Origin: Staphylothermus marinus F1
Lineage (GTDB): Archaea > Thermoproteota > Thermoprotei_A > Sulfolobales > Desulfurococcaceae
Assembly (NCBI RefSeq): GCF_000015945.1
Contig: NC_009033.1
Location: 960,001 to 992,000 of the forward strand
Direction of reading: 5' to 3'
DNA length: 32,000 nucleotides
Below, piece by piece: positions 9,002 to 17,502 of the stretch (position 1 is the stretch's first letter; each line of letters opens with the position of its first letter). A program made the position numbers and the translations under genes. A model generated the notes under the pieces. It saw nothing but the letters and a program-made list of their open reading frames with translations, had not been told where the DNA came from and ran no database searches.

Positions 9002-9114
9002 GGGCCCGTCGTCTAGCCTGGACTAGGATGCGGGGTTCGGGACCCCTATAAAAGCCGCCGCTGAACAAGGGGCGGAACTCCCCGTGACCCGGGGTTCAAA
9101 TCCCCGCGGGCCCA
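9002..9114 (+). tRNA. tRNA-Pro (anticodon CGG) with a 37-nt intron at the canonical 37/38 position; CCA not encoded
   Basis: Acceptor stem GGGCCCG/CGGGCCC with discriminator A. D arm GTCT-AGCCTGGACTA-GGAT. Anticodon stem CGGGG(9031-35)/CCCCG(9080-84) with loop UU-CGG-G-U. T arm CGGGG-TTCAAAT-CCCCG. Mature length is 76 nt. Confidence 0.9.
9042..9078 (+). other. tRNA intron with a canonical hBHBh' splicing motif
   Basis: Central helix ttcg(9036-39):cgga(9073-76). The 3-nt bulges are gga(9040-42) and act(9077-79). Outer helices are the anticodon stem and cccc(9043-46):gggg(9069-72). Cleavage after the 2nd bulge nucleotide gives exon ends at 9041 and 9079. Confidence 0.8.
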
Positions 9115-9169
9115 TTCCTAACTAAGTTTGTTTCAGTATATCTAGAACACGTTATGTAGGGACCATGTA

Positions 9170-9871
9170 TTGTATGAGTATTTAAAGAAATTATCCAGTA
9201 TTTATGCATTGAGAATGTTCATTGATAAAATAAGAGATTCCAAAGTATTAGGGATTGGCACGGGCTCTACGGTTAAATACTTTATAGATGAACTTATTCG
9301 GTTAGGTATGCTCAAAGATAAAAAAGTAGTGGTCTCAAGTTATGCAACTCATAATTATCTCTACAAACATGGAATAGATGCTTATACTCCGATAAATTGT
9401 AATTATGCGGATATATATGTGGATGGACTAGACGAGATCAATGCTAACTTAGATATTATAAAGGGGAGAGGAGCCGCTCTTCTGTGGGAAAAACAATTAG
9501 CTATTAGAAGCAAGTTGAGAATATATATTGCAGATTATACAAAAGTTAATCCAGAACAGTATCTATATATGAAACCTGTACCTATAGAGGTAGTTCCTAA
9601 TGCAGTATATTATGTAATAGAAAAACTAACTATTCTAGGATATAAACCTGTTCTACGCATAGGAAAAATGAAGGACGGACCTATTATAACTGATAATGGA
9701 AACTTCATTATAGATCTTGTCTATGAAAAAATACAGAATGCAAAGCAAGTAGATGAAGAAATAAAGAAAATTAATGGAGTAGTTGAAACCGGCTTATTTC
9801 CTAATAACCTTGTTGATTACGTAATTGTATCGTATCCAGGAAACATTGTCAAGGTATATAGTAGGCGATAA
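9170..9871 (+). CDS. rpiA: ribose-5-phosphate isomerase A
   Basis: GIGTGSTV, VDGLDEI, IKGRGAALLWEK, PIEVVP and DGPIITDNGNFIID align with archaeal RpiA as I recall it. A TTG start is needed to retain the conserved N-terminal helix. Confidence 0.9.
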   Translation: MYEYLKKLSSIYALRMFIDKIRDSKVLGIGTGSTVKYFIDELIRLGMLKDKKVVVSSYATHNYLYKHGIDAYTPINCNYADIYVDGLDEINANLDIIKGRGAALLWEKQLAIRSKLRIYIADYTKVNPEQYLYMKPVPIEVVPNAVYYVIEKLTILGYKPVLRIGKMKDGPIITDNGNFIIDLVYEKIQNAKQVDEEIKKINGVVETGLFPNNLVDYVIVSYPGNIVKVYSRR

Positions 9872-9875
9872 ATAA

Positions 9876-10313
9876 ATGAGCGTTGAAGAAACAATGAATT
9901 ATGTCCTAAAAATACCTTGGCATGATATTGAAAGAAACCTTATTTCACGTGTGCAATTGAAAAAAATTATCAAGCTAAGAATAATATTGGATAAGAGAGA
10001 AATTAATTATCCCATATATTTTTACGTCGGTGAGAAAAGAGATCATGTAATGATTCCATATGTATTCTGTTCTTGTAAAAACTTCACAATACGTGTTATG
10101 TCAAAGAAAAAGAAACCAAGCTGTAAACATTTAATTATGCTTAGATTAGCACTTGATAAATCAATGTATAGAGAAATATATATTGATGATTTAACGTTAT
10201 TGAAGAAAATTATTAATGAAATAATTAGAATAGGGTTAAGTCCTACTCTTAGGAAACTACTTTATATTAGTAGAAATAGAAGATATGAGAGGGGAAGAAC
10301 TGATGGGGCGTAG
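9876..10313 (+). CDS. SWIM zinc-finger domain protein, function unknown
   Basis: The CxCx(n)CxH signature is FCSCKNFTIRVMSKKKKPSCKHLIML. It starts 4 nt after the rpiA stop and overlaps the elf1-like start. Confidence 0.55.
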   Translation: MSVEETMNYVLKIPWHDIERNLISRVQLKKIIKLRIILDKREINYPIYFYVGEKRDHVMIPYVFCSCKNFTIRVMSKKKKPSCKHLIMLRLALDKSMYREIYIDDLTLLKKIINEIIRIGLSPTLRKLLYISRNRRYERGRTDGA

Positions 10314-10620
10314 GAGGAAAAAATACAGGAAACCAATCAGAAAAGTAAGAAAGATCCCTAAGATCTTTCAATGTCCTAATTGCGGATCCAAGACATTAAC
10401 AATCAGGCTTGAAAAACTGAATATTCCAGGATATAAGAAAGCGATTATTACATGTGGAACATGCGGATTACATGCTGAAATGCAAGTACCAGAACTTTAC
10501 GGGCCTCTCGACGTTTATGCTAAATTCATTGATGCATTTGAAGAAGGCAATATAGAAGTTGAGTTTAGAAAGAAAAGCGAAGAAGAGGAGGTTGGTGAAA
10601 TAGTTGGGGAAAGTGAATAA
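10303..10620 (+). CDS. elf1: transcription elongation factor 1 (Elf1) homolog, zinc-ribbon protein
   Basis: Basic N-terminus MGRRRKKYRKPIRKVRKIPKIF followed by CPNCG...CGTCG and LDVYAKFIDAFEEG, with an acidic tail. The ORF track starts at 10285; the MGRRR start at 10303 fits the family better. Confidence 0.7.
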   Translation: MGRRRKKYRKPIRKVRKIPKIFQCPNCGSKTLTIRLEKLNIPGYKKAIITCGTCGLHAEMQVPELYGPLDVYAKFIDAFEEGNIEVEFRKKSEEEEVGEIVGESE

Positions 10621-11341
10621 GTATATAGTCGAGAAAATAAACAATGGTGAAAAGCTTCATTTTACTCTTATAGATCCTGATAGAGTAAATGATCTTGGAA
10701 AACTCGAAGAAACAGCCATTAAAATGGCAGAATTTGGAACCGACGCATTCCTCATTGGCGGCAGTCTAGGTGTTACTCCTGAGGAAGCAGGTGAGACAGC
10801 GAAGATTTTGAAAAAAACAGGCTTACCAGTGATAATATTTCCTGGAAACATTAATTGTTTAACGCCATATGCCGATGCAGTATTATTTATGATCTTAATG
10901 AACTCTATGGAGCAATACTATTTGATGCATGCTCAAATAGCTGCAGCACCCATAATTAAGAAATATAAACTAGAAACCCTTCCAACTGGTTACATAGTTA
11001 TATACGGCGAAACAGCTGTTGCACATGTTGGTAGAACGTATCCTATTCCAGTCAGCAAACCCGAAATACTATTATCATATACGTGGGCAGCTGAAATGAT
11101 CGGGATCAAATATATTTACTTAGAAGCAGGTAGTGGCTCTCCTAAACCTGTACCTCCAAGCTTCCCTGCTATAGTAAAGAAATATACTAATCTAATTACA
11201 ATAGTTGGCGGTGGAATAAGGTCTCCATTCATTGCAAAGGAGCTCGCATCAAGTGGTGCAGACATAATTGTTACTGGTACTATTGTTGAAGAAGATCCTG
11301 ATAAGGCGTCTAAGATAATCTCAGCTATAAAGAAGAATTAA
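10604..11341 (+). CDS. geranylgeranylglyceryl phosphate synthase (PcrB/GGGPS family)
   Basis: HFTLIDPD, FLIGGS, IIFPGN, YLEAGSGS and VGGGIRS motifs. TTG start 5 nt after a GAGGAGGTTGGTGA SD-like run. Confidence 0.9.
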   Translation: MGKVNKYIVEKINNGEKLHFTLIDPDRVNDLGKLEETAIKMAEFGTDAFLIGGSLGVTPEEAGETAKILKKTGLPVIIFPGNINCLTPYADAVLFMILMNSMEQYYLMHAQIAAAPIIKKYKLETLPTGYIVIYGETAVAHVGRTYPIPVSKPEILLSYTWAAEMIGIKYIYLEAGSGSPKPVPPSFPAIVKKYTNLITIVGGGIRSPFIAKELASSGADIIVTGTIVEEDPDKASKIISAIKKN

Positions 11342-11602
11342 TCATTTAAGATACTTCTTCTTAAAAGCTTCTTCTACATCAACACCAACAAGATTAGCAA
11401 CACTTAATAGCCATGCTAGAACATCTGCTATTTCCTCCTCTATAGATTCCTTGTTTTGGGAAAGCAACGCTTCTGCTAATTCGCCCACTTCTTCAATAAA
11501 CCATGTATAAGTAGCAAATAATCCTCGGGCATGATCCCTTTCATAATATTTTTTCCTTATCAGTAATTGTGCTTGTTTAATACTTATAGGTTCTTTACTC
11601 AT
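11342..11602 (-). CDS. small MazG-like nucleotide pyrophosphohydrolase
   Basis: The EEVGELAEAL ... EEEIADVLAWLLSVANLVGVDVEEAFKKKY pattern (the EExxE/ExxD helices of the all-alpha NTP-PPase fold). 86 aa. Confidence 0.8.
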   Translation of the reverse strand: MSKEPISIKQAQLLIRKKYYERDHARGLFATYTWFIEEVGELAEALLSQNKESIEEEIADVLAWLLSVANLVGVDVEEAFKKKYLK

Positions 11603-11684
11603 TACGTCTCGCCTCAGGAAAAACTCTAATAGTTTTAATAAGGTTTATTACATTTAAATGTAAAAAATAGTAGAGGGGATATAT

Positions 11685-11870
11685 TTGCCTAAGAAGTCTA
11701 AAAGAGTACATGGTAAGAAAAAGAAGGAAGCTCCAGGCCCCTTCACAGCTGCTGGCCTTATTAGATTTTATGAAGAAGCAGATGTAGGTATAAAGATGAA
11801 ACCGCAGGTTCTGATAGCTGTCGCACTTATATTTACAGCAATAATTATTGTTCTGGAAAAAATATTATAG
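11685..11870 (+). CDS. secG: preprotein translocase subunit Sec61-beta (archaeal SecG)
   Basis: Basic N-terminus, then AAGLIRFYEE and a single C-terminal TM helix VLIAVALIFTAIIIVL. 61 aa. TTG start after a GAGGGGA SD. Confidence 0.75.
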   Translation: MPKKSKRVHGKKKKEAPGPFTAAGLIRFYEEADVGIKMKPQVLIAVALIFTAIIIVLEKIL

Positions 11871-11957
11871 GCCTGATGCTAGTTCAAATATTTATAAACT
11901 CCTTAAGTATATGGTTAATAAGAGTATAAAGTTAACCTAGAGGATGCAGCCTAAAAT

Positions 11958-12818
11958 ATGGGTCTAAGTAAAAGTGAAGCAGTCAAAATAAGGATTCCCA
12001 GATCAAGCGAGGCATACGAGATCTTCAAAATACACCTAGACAGTCTTAGCGGATTAGATGAGGAAGACTATGATTGGTTCTATAACTTATTAAAGGTTAA
12101 AAGTAGTAGGAGAATTGTTCTTGTAGCGGATTATCAGGGTAAAATTGTCGGTTTTCTAATAGCTTATAGAAGATATAACAAGATATACATTGACTCGTTA
12201 GCTGTTGATCCGAAATATAGAGGTCTCGGAATAGGATCTAAGCTACTTAGAGAATTAGAGGAAAGAGTCAGAGGTAAGAAGAAAACCATTTATTTAAGTG
12301 TTAAAAAAGATAACTATTCTGCTTTAGGCTTTTATTTGAAAAACGGCTATATCATAGATGGTGTTGTATTAGAGCTTTCTCTACAAGTAAGTAAAGTTGC
12401 TAAGAGAACTATTCCCAACTATTCATTTATATTAAAAAATGCTAAAGACGCTGTGATCAATATTCATATGCTTCCTACAACCTGGTGGAGCAATATTACT
12501 GAGCCAGTTGATAAGCTTGTATATCATAGAATAGTGGATGAAAAAATATTAATTGTATATGAAGATAACAAACTCAGAGGTGTCGCTGAGTTTCAACCGG
12601 ATAAAAAGATACTGGTGGATTATCTAGCTGTATCTTATCATAAGCCTATAGAAGCATTATTAGCGATCATCTCTAAGCTAGGTGATATAGCATATAATAT
12701 GGGTGCTGAACAAATATCTGTAAACATAGATTCTAGTAAGAATAAAATGATCAGAGCATTTCTTCAAAACGGATTCCGTATAACTGGTAGCGAGTATAGA
12801 TTGAAAAAACAATTATAA
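11958..12818 (+). CDS. GNAT-family N-acetyltransferase with a second, degenerate GNAT-like C-terminal half
   Basis: Acetyl-CoA motif IDSLAVDPKYRGLGIGSKLLRELEE ... YLKNGY in the N-terminal half. The C-terminal half repeats the pattern VDYLAVSY...FLQNGFRITG. Confidence 0.75.
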   Translation: MGLSKSEAVKIRIPRSSEAYEIFKIHLDSLSGLDEEDYDWFYNLLKVKSSRRIVLVADYQGKIVGFLIAYRRYNKIYIDSLAVDPKYRGLGIGSKLLRELEERVRGKKKTIYLSVKKDNYSALGFYLKNGYIIDGVVLELSLQVSKVAKRTIPNYSFILKNAKDAVINIHMLPTTWWSNITEPVDKLVYHRIVDEKILIVYEDNKLRGVAEFQPDKKILVDYLAVSYHKPIEALLAIISKLGDIAYNMGAEQISVNIDSSKNKMIRAFLQNGFRITGSEYRLKKQL

Positions 12819-12833
12819 TGCTAATGAATACAT

Positions 12834-13754
12834 CTACATATGTCTTTTGATCCAGTCCCAATTTGTCTCTACATATCTCTGGATCTCTTCTATCTTCTCT
12901 TTTGTAATTCTCTTAAACCTGCCTTGAAGCTTTAAATATTCCTCGATAGGTTTTCTCTTAGCGGGATCAATAAATGGTCTGCTTGGACCTGACAATCGTA
13001 CTTTTCCATCATAATATTCGTACAATATCCATAACCCAGTTTCTACTGCTAGTTTTCCTACTCTCACCGTATATTTTGGATCAAATCTCCATCCAACAGG
13101 ACATGGTGCATGTATGTGTATAAATTTGAAGCCTTGTATGTTCTTAGCTCTCTGAAGCTTAGCATAGAGGTCATGGGGATATGCAACACTTGCAGTTGCT
13201 ACATAAGGAACTCCGTGTGCAATCATTATTTTTGCAACATCCTTCTTATGCTCGGTTTTACCGATTATAGGAGTAGTTGTTGTCCATGCACCATAGGGTG
13301 TTGAAGAGCTTCTTTGGATACCGGTATTCATATATGCTTCGTTATCGTACATTATATAGATTATATTATGGTTTCTCTCAGCTGCTCCACTAAGACTAGC
13401 CATACCAATATCTGCTGTTCCACCGTCTCCTGCCCAAGCAATTACCTGTACATCGGTTATTCCTCTTTTCCGTAGTGCTTCAGCGATACCGGATGCAACA
13501 GCTGCTGCAGATGCGAATGCTACATGTACAACGCTAGCATTTAACGAATTACCTGGATACGCTCCAACCACCACCGACGAACAACTAGCAGGTATAACAA
13601 ATATTGTTTTTTCACCAAAAACAGCTGATACAACCTTCCATGCCATGGGTATAGGGCATCCAGGGCAAGCAGCGTCTCCTGGAAGAACTACATCTCTCAT
13701 CTTATATGGTAATGGGGGTTTAGGTCTGGTTGTTTGTTTAGACACATAGATCAC
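12834..13754 (-). CDS. 2-oxoacid:ferredoxin oxidoreductase beta subunit (TPP-binding; POR/VOR type)
   Basis: CPGCP near the N-terminus, TPP motif GDGGTADIG...YDNEAYMNTG, and HAPCPVGW. Last gene of the gamma-delta-alpha-beta operon, with a 4-nt overlap with alpha. Confidence 0.9.
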   Translation of the reverse strand: MIYVSKQTTRPKPPLPYKMRDVVLPGDAACPGCPIPMAWKVVSAVFGEKTIFVIPASCSSVVVGAYPGNSLNASVVHVAFASAAAVASGIAEALRKRGITDVQVIAWAGDGGTADIGMASLSGAAERNHNIIYIMYDNEAYMNTGIQRSSSTPYGAWTTTTPIIGKTEHKKDVAKIMIAHGVPYVATASVAYPHDLYAKLQRAKNIQGFKFIHIHAPCPVGWRFDPKYTVRVGKLAVETGLWILYEYYDGKVRLSGPSRPFIDPAKRKPIEEYLKLQGRFKRITKEKIEEIQRYVETNWDWIKRHM

Positions 13755-14929
13755 CTCCTATGATACCATGTGAAATGCGGGGATTCTTCTCCTTTCTCGA
13801 TTTTTTCCATGAATTCTTTGACTAAGTTATAGAACTCAGTATATGTTACATTAACACCCCCTATACCAGCTACAACATTGGATATTACTGGGAGGTTTCT
13901 AGTATACATGGTTAAACCAGTAATTAAGTCAGTGAATATTTGTCCCCAAGCGCCAAAACTTATTGCCCTATCGAAAACAATTACTCCCTTAGCACTCCTA
14001 ATCTTTTCCCATATGTCCTCGTATGGGAATGGTCTATAGTATCTTATCCTCAATACTCCTATAGGATATCCTTCCTCACGTAACATATTGACAGCTTCTA
14101 TCAAGTCTCCACTCCATGCACCCATGGATACAGCATAGTATTTAGCATCTTCACAGTTAATGCATTGTATTAAGCCGCCATAGCTTCTACCAAAGATTTT
14201 CCCATACTCCTGATCTACTTCTTTTATAACTTTTTTAGCTTCATTCATTGCTTTATGTATATCCATAAACATTTCCTCTGTATCTTCAGGCCATGCGAGA
14301 TTACCGACAGCAATAGGTTCTCTACCATCGACTATATAGCCTTGTCTACGTGGGCCCAACCAGTTATCTACATCCTCCTGATCTGGTAGTTCAACAGGCA
14401 TAGTTGTATGTCCTAGAATAAATCCTTCTAATCCAACCATGACTGGTAGATATACTCTGGGATCCTCGCTGATTTTGAATGCTTGTAGTGTTAGGTCGAA
14501 TACTTCTTGATTATCCATTCCAAAGCTCATAATCCATCCTGTATCACGTTGATCCATGAAATCGCTATGATCAGGCCAAATATTCCATGGTGGAGCAAGA
14601 GCTCTGGTTACTATAGCCATAACTACCGGAACCCTTGCTCGAGCAGTCCAATGCACCCATTCATGCATATACATAAGTCCATGACTACTTGTCGCTGTAA
14701 ATGCGCGGGCACCAGCAATTGCTGCACCGAAAGTTGCGGCTAATGCCGAATGCTCGCTTTCAACACGGATCATTATAGCATCTAGTTCTCCGGACTCTAT
14801 TAGTTCTGCGAGTTTCTCAACAATGCTTGTCTGTGGTGTAATAGGATATGCTGCTACAACATCTATTCGTGCATACTTGGCTGCATAAGCAACCGAATAA
14901 TTACCTGTTAAAGCTACAAGCTTACCCAT
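13751..14929 (-). CDS. 2-oxoacid:ferredoxin oxidoreductase alpha subunit
   Basis: N-terminus GNYSVAYAAKYARIDVVAAYPITPQT and ESEHSALAA are typical of PorA/VorA. 392 aa. Confidence 0.9.
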   Translation of the reverse strand: MGKLVALTGNYSVAYAAKYARIDVVAAYPITPQTSIVEKLAELIESGELDAIMIRVESEHSALAATFGAAIAGARAFTATSSHGLMYMHEWVHWTARARVPVVMAIVTRALAPPWNIWPDHSDFMDQRDTGWIMSFGMDNQEVFDLTLQAFKISEDPRVYLPVMVGLEGFILGHTTMPVELPDQEDVDNWLGPRRQGYIVDGREPIAVGNLAWPEDTEEMFMDIHKAMNEAKKVIKEVDQEYGKIFGRSYGGLIQCINCEDAKYYAVSMGAWSGDLIEAVNMLREEGYPIGVLRIRYYRPFPYEDIWEKIRSAKGVIVFDRAISFGAWGQIFTDLITGLTMYTRNLPVISNVVAGIGGVNVTYTEFYNLVKEFMEKIEKGEESPHFTWYHRR

Positions 14930-14943
14930 TTAATACACCTCCC

Positions 14944-15225
14944 CTACTCCTCGGGTACAAGTTCTATTGCATTGACCGGGCATACATCTGCACATACACC
15001 ACATCCTTTACAATAATCATAATTAATTGTAACACCCGTTTCCGGCTCGACTCTGATAACGTTTACGGGACAGTATATTTCACATAGGAAGCATCTAACA
15101 CATTTATTATTATTTACTAGAGGCTTGGTTGTTCTCCAGAACCCAGTTTTTCCAGCCACTCCAACAGCTGGTTTTGCTAAGGGTATCTTATATGATGAGC
15201 TTATAACTACTAATTTATCAGGCAT
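14944..15225 (-). CDS. 2-oxoacid:ferredoxin oxidoreductase delta subunit (2x[4Fe-4S] ferredoxin-like)
   Basis: CVRCFLCEIYCP and CKGCGVCADVCP cluster motifs. 1-nt TAATG overlap with gamma. Confidence 0.9.
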   Translation of the reverse strand: MPDKLVVISSSYKIPLAKPAVGVAGKTGFWRTTKPLVNNNKCVRCFLCEIYCPVNVIRVEPETGVTINYDYCKGCGVCADVCPVNAIELVPEE

Positions 15226-15812
15226 TACATATTCACCTCCTTTATTAAGCGAGTTTCATTATAGGCTTGAAAAGCTGCTTTAGCATTGGCTTCTCCGATT
15301 CTTCCTCCAAAATAGGATTCTATTGCTTTCATTATATTCTCGATACCTATTATCTTTGTAGCTTTAGAGAATGCTCCAAGCATCGAAGTATTTACTACGG
15401 GCCATCCCGCAACAACTAGTTTATTTTCTAGAGCTATTTTCTTAGCGTTAACACCATAGAATCTCGCTTTGCCTAAAATATTGAATTTTCCATAATCAAT
15501 TTCATAATCGCTTGGCATATTTACGATCACATATCCATTATCTCTTACATACACCTTCTTCGTTGCTCCAATATCTATTAGTTTGTGATCTAGTATTATC
15601 AGAACATCTGCTTCATAGAACATTCCATGTCTAACTATTGGTTTATCACTGATCCTAGCAAATGCCATAACAGGAGCTCCTCTTCTTTCAGCACCGAAGA
15701 ATGGGAAGCCCTGCCCATATATTTTCTGATATAATGCTGCGTGAACAAGTATATTAGCAGCAGTCACTCCGCCTTGGCCGCCTCTACCATAAAATATTAT
15801 CTCATACAGCAT
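15225..15812 (-). CDS. 2-oxoacid:ferredoxin oxidoreductase gamma subunit
   Basis: FYGRGGQGGVTAANIL and GAERRGAPV motifs. First gene of the operon. Confidence 0.9.
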   Translation of the reverse strand: MLYEIIFYGRGGQGGVTAANILVHAALYQKIYGQGFPFFGAERRGAPVMAFARISDKPIVRHGMFYEADVLIILDHKLIDIGATKKVYVRDNGYVIVNMPSDYEIDYGKFNILGKARFYGVNAKKIALENKLVVAGWPVVNTSMLGAFSKATKIIGIENIMKAIESYFGGRIGEANAKAAFQAYNETRLIKEVNM

Positions 15813-15996
15813 CAGCTCATCCGCTCCAATTAGTATTTTATTTTCTAATATGATATATACATGTAAGTATATTTTATATTCTTATAAAGAAACAAGTAGA
15901 TTCTAAACAATACTATGCCTAACAATTGTTTGTAGAAATTTGCAATAAGTTTAACAACCATTAATCCCTATTAATTAACCTATATGGTGATAATAG

Positions 15997-16242
15997 ATGA
16001 CGATTTACTGGGAAAGATGTGATTTCTGCGGCAGATATGAGCCGGTAAAACAGTGTACATTATATCCGGACTTAATGGTATGCATACACTGTTGTTTATC
16101 ATGTCCTAAGAGAAAAATTTGTCCTAAACCTGTTTGGTTTATTGAATTTAAAATAAAAACTATAACTAAGCCTGGAAAAATAGCTAAAGAAGCCGATAAA
16201 ACAAAAGTTTTCCAGGAACTACTATCAAAGCTTGGTTCTTAG
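15997..16242 (+). CDS. small Cys-rich hypothetical protein (putative metal-binding)
   Basis: Nine Cys in the first 42 residues (CDFCG...C...C.HCC.SCP....CP) and a Lys-rich C-terminus. I recognise no family. Confidence 0.4.
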   Translation: MTIYWERCDFCGRYEPVKQCTLYPDLMVCIHCCLSCPKRKICPKPVWFIEFKIKTITKPGKIAKEADKTKVFQELLSKLGS

Positions 16243-16260
16243 TCTAATGTTTTATAGTAT

Positions 16261-17019
16261 TTATGCTTCAATCCTTGGAACTATCCAGTATACTATGTAT
16301 CCGCCCTCTGTTATTTCAAACTCTATCTTCACGGGTTTATCTCGATCAAACGATACCGTTACAAATTTTGCTGCTTGAATAGGTTTGAGTGTGGCTTCTA
16401 ATAATCCAACACTGTATTTAGCACGTGCTTCATCTATTGTTGCAGATAAATATGTGAGCGGGTTTCCTTCTGAGAATTCTCCTCTATACTCTTTTTGTTC
16501 TGCATGAGAATATATATAGAGTTTTCCTTCCTTATAATGAAGTACTGCTTCTTCCCCAATTATCTTCAAGTCCCTAATTATGTGTTTATAATCATCAGCG
16601 ACAAACCTAGCTGTAACCCCAAGATCTATTTGTGGCTCGGGTATTTTCTCCAATGTTCTAGGCTTTGTTTCGATAACAAAGCTTCTCTCAATACCGGTCT
16701 TCTTGTTTCTGAAAATAATTTTCAACTGGTTCTTTTCTTCGTCAAGCTCAAATACTAAGATATCGTTTCTAGTTCCTCTTTTCACTATCTTATTTAGCTC
16801 GTCGGCTCCAATCACAAAGTATTTCTCTCCATCTACCTCATACTCTTCAAAAGCTATGGATGGTATTTTAACTATGGTAAGTGTTGTTTTATCTGGGCTG
16901 AGAACTCTAACTTCTAAAGCATCTTGTGTAGCATAAAATGGTGCCTCATCAGTTATCTTAGCTATCGTCTGTGCTATATATTTGAATTTTGATGTAGCTG
17001 TGTAACTGGCTCTAAACAT
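16261..17019 (-). CDS. pcn: DNA polymerase sliding clamp (PCNA)
   Basis: 252 aa. The N-terminus MFRASYTATSKFKYIAQTIAKITDEA and the C-terminus PVKIEFEITEGGYIVYWIVPRIEA parallel crenarchaeal PCNA, e.g. the Sulfolobus ...GGHMIFWIAPRL ending. Confidence 0.85.
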   Translation of the reverse strand: MFRASYTATSKFKYIAQTIAKITDEAPFYATQDALEVRVLSPDKTTLTIVKIPSIAFEEYEVDGEKYFVIGADELNKIVKRGTRNDILVFELDEEKNQLKIIFRNKKTGIERSFVIETKPRTLEKIPEPQIDLGVTARFVADDYKHIIRDLKIIGEEAVLHYKEGKLYIYSHAEQKEYRGEFSEGNPLTYLSATIDEARAKYSVGLLEATLKPIQAAKFVTVSFDRDKPVKIEFEITEGGYIVYWIVPRIEA

Positions 17020-17118
17020 ATTTATAACACCAACTATAATTTACTTTGCCTAAGAATAAAATTTGTAATCCCATGCTTTTAAACCTAGCATAAAAAATTA
17101 ATTAATAGGTGTAAGTTA

Positions 17119-17502
17119 TTGAGTGAAATAAGCATAGTTATTGATCTGGCTAAAAGTCCTCATGTTCAACTGCCATGGAATAAAGCAATAGAACTCCTGG
17201 AGTGTATTGGTGAGAACACCAGTATAACCAGAGATCTTGAGGAATCACTGAGAATAATTAGAAACTTTGAGGAATTCTATAGGTTTTCTAAGAAAAGATT
17301 CGAAGAATATATAGCGCCGCCTAAAGAGCAGAGAGATGTTATTTTAGGTAGAGTTATTGTTCACAAAATTAAGCTTTTCAAAAAGGATTCTGAAAATAAC
17401 GTTGAAATAGTCTTTGATCGAAGATTCAGTATTGATGAAGTGATAAGTTGTCTTAAGAAAATTGGGTACACTAATGTAAATATACAGAAACAATTTATTT
17501 AA
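17119..17502 (+). CDS. hypothetical protein
   Basis: Open frame with a TTG start. No motif recognised. Its 3' end overlaps the convergent 95-aa ORF by 8 nt. Confidence 0.35.
   Translation: MSEISIVIDLAKSPHVQLPWNKAIELLECIGENTSITRDLEESLRIIRNFEEFYRFSKKRFEEYIAPPKEQRDVILGRVIVHKIKLFKKDSENNVEIVFDRRFSIDEVISCLKKIGYTNVNIQKQFI

Noticed and set aside
9042-9084. First impression that the tRNA-Pro intron sits at a non-canonical position inside the 3' strand of the anticodon stem, because CCCC occurs at both 9043-46 and 9080-83.
   Set aside because: I tested all five possible offsets and none forms a bulge-helix-bulge. The canonical 37/38 placement (intron 9042-9078) gives a perfect hBHBh' motif and a normal 76-nt tRNA with loop UUCGGGU, so the intron is canonical.
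12834-15812. Assigning the four-subunit oxidoreductase specifically as pyruvate (POR) or 2-ketoisovalerate (VOR) oxidoreductase.
   Set aside because: Subunit sizes and motifs fit both. Substrate specificity cannot be read from the sequence by eye, so I left it as POR/VOR-type 2-oxoacid:ferredoxin oxidoreductase.
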